NCBI GenBank assembly: GCA_019313505.1
Contig: JAFDBA010000001.1
Coordinates: 1-55,765 of the forward strand
Direction of reading: 5' to 3'
Length of the DNA stretch: 55,765 nucleotides
Source of the DNA: Deltaproteobacteria bacterium
GTDB lineage: Bacteria > Desulfobacterota > Desulfobacteria > Desulfobacterales > UBA11574
A program made the position numbers and the translations under genes. Position 1 is the first letter of the stretch; each line of letters starts with the position of its first letter. The notes below the pieces were generated by a model. It saw only the letters and a program-made list of their open reading frames with translations, was not told the DNA's origin and ran no database searches. Shown piece after piece: positions 54,552-55,765 of the stretch.

Positions 54552-54656
54552 TAGAGGTTCCTCCTCGTATTTATTTATTTTCTTTTTTGCATTCTGTTCA
54601 GCCGGCCCAACATCTTACTTGCTTGAAATTTTTTTCTGTGGCGCCTTCCCGGGTTC

Positions 54657-55703
54657 TTATCCCTCTATTGTCAGATCCGGTTCCGGAGCAAGGGATGCAA
54701 AATCGATGTCAATATCATCAAGTTGTTTGCTTATGGCCGCAACATCAGCAGCACTTCCGCCATCTAAAGACAGGTCGATAAAAGCCCTGGTCAGCCTTAC
54801 TGCTTCCGGATGCCTCATGATCAGAACATTTGCACCTGCCAGCAGATAAATTACGGCAGACACAGCTTCCATAAGGATGCCTCGTCTTTCCGGATCACCC
54901 AGCACCGGCGCTTCATCAACTGTTTGCTTGGCTTCCTTGCACTTCCATATTTCGTTGGCAAGGTTGTTGATAATCGGAAGCTGCAGCTTGTCATCACCCT
55001 GGGTCAACGCCGCCATGCCAAGCCGTTCCATTACGGAATAGGAATACTCCATTCCATAACCCAGGCCGCCGGTGGTGGGATCTACGATATTACGTTCCAA
55101 GGGCACTCCAAGGTTTTCAAGGAGAATGTTAACCTGCTTGGCAAGGTTAATATCGATGGGTGATGATGAAATAACCGTATGGCCGTATCCCAGAGCACTG
55201 GCACCGATTCCCTTATGGTTCTTGTCTTCTACAGGGCCTATGGTAAGGTTGGCGCCGAGGGTTTCTTCTGAAATTTTCTTTAAAACTTCCTCATCCTTTT
55301 CGATGTTGGCTGTCCCCCACAGGATTAACGGTACGTCAATTGCCTCAAGGACCTTTTTTACTGTTGCGGCAGCCTCTTCAGGGCTGGCATCATTAGCATT
55401 CGGGTCGGTGCTCTTTAATTGTAGAACAATCAAGTCGGCTCCGAATTCATCGACACATTTTTTGGCCCATGCAGCAGGATCTGAAAGCACATCCTTGAAA
55501 TGGCTGAGCGCGGCTTCCGGCCACTCATCCGGCTCTATATCCCACACTTCCATTGCGATTACCGGCTTGTGGGGCATGTCTCCTTCAAAAGTATAAAAAG
55601 GATAGCATGTCTCACCACCCACGGTAACGGCTTTGTCGCCTTTACCAAGGGTAATTTCCTTTATGGCGCCGGTATAAGATTCTTTGTATATTTCCAAGCT
55701 CAA
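54657..55703 (-). CDS. acsD: Corrinoid iron-sulfur protein small subunit (delta, CdhD-type)
   Basis: 348 aa and the first gene of the operon. The start codon is TTG (55703-55701), preceded by AAGGAGG with a 6-nt spacer. Confidence 0.8.
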   Translation of the reverse strand: MSLEIYKESYTGAIKEITLGKGDKAVTVGGETCYPFYTFEGDMPHKPVIAMEVWDIEPDEWPEAALSHFKDVLSDPAAWAKKCVDEFGADLIVLQLKSTDPNANDASPEEAAATVKKVLEAIDVPLILWGTANIEKDEEVLKKISEETLGANLTIGPVEDKNHKGIGASALGYGHTVISSSPIDINLAKQVNILLENLGVPLERNIVDPTTGGLGYGMEYSYSVMERLGMAALTQGDDKLQLPIINNLANEIWKCKEAKQTVDEAPVLGDPERRGILMEAVSAVIYLLAGANVLIMRHPEAVRLTRAFIDLSLDGGSAADVAAISKQLDDIDIDFASLAPEPDLTIEG

Positions 55704-55765
55704 TTTTTACCTCCTTTACACGATAAAAAGTTAACGATTAAAGATTGTTACATTTTAACATTCAT

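Noticed and set aside
1-55765. Scan for CRISPR arrays, tRNA/rRNA/tmRNA/RNase P/SRP RNA, IS elements, integrases, toxin-antitoxin pairs and defence-system signatures.
   Set aside because: I saw none of the following: spaced direct-repeat arrays of CRISPR dimensions, cloverleaf-compatible segments in the spacers I read, or transposase, integrase, reverse-transcriptase or restriction-type ORFs. The only helicase (RecD2) and nuclease-like genes (YraN, beta-CASP) are in housekeeping contexts.

Overview
This is a 55.8-kb chromosomal window. I found no rRNA, tRNA, CRISPR array, transposase or integrase. Gene content suggests an anaerobic, sulfate-reducer-like Desulfobacterales-type deltaproteobacterium; this is inference, not proof. 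The supporting genes are a Qrc/ACIII-related quinone-reductase cluster (multihaem cytochrome c, molybdopterin-family subunit, 4Fe-4S subunit, NrfD-type membrane subunit), a complete bacterial CODH/ACS Wood-Ljungdahl operon (acsD-acsA-acsB-acsC-acsE), and a second monofunctional cooS-cooF-flavoprotein module. The rest is mostly housekeeping: aroB, a DAHP synthase-prephenate dehydratase fusion, lepA, leuCD, ndk, trmJ, ettA, recD2, rsmI, yraN, comEC, gpmI and murA. There is also a PAS hybrid histidine kinase with a REC-GGDEF regulator. All 22 CDS from 24.5 kb to the right edge lie on the minus strand. Six items deserve a second look. (1) An unannotated 27-codon Phe-rich leader ORF with a terminator/antiterminator topology lies upstream of the DAHPS-PDT fusion gene. 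(2) A low-GC 1392-aa protein joins about 900 aa of unrecognised sequence to a pyruvate-phosphate-dikinase ATP-grasp and phosphohistidine swivel module, and lacks the PEP/pyruvate TIM barrel. (3) A strongly over-represented ATTGAAGATT(GA) / CAAT-heptad repeat family sits right after stop codons or terminators, and brackets the giant gene in inverted orientation. (4) An unannotated 52-aa membrane ORF with a strong SD follows the NrfD-type gene. (5) An operator-like four-site repeat and a long-range helix occur in two intergenic spacers. (6) Base composition is a pronounced gene-by-gene GC mosaic. Several long ORFs in the supplied track start at upstream TTG/GTG/ATG codons. I trimmed these to SD-supported starts.
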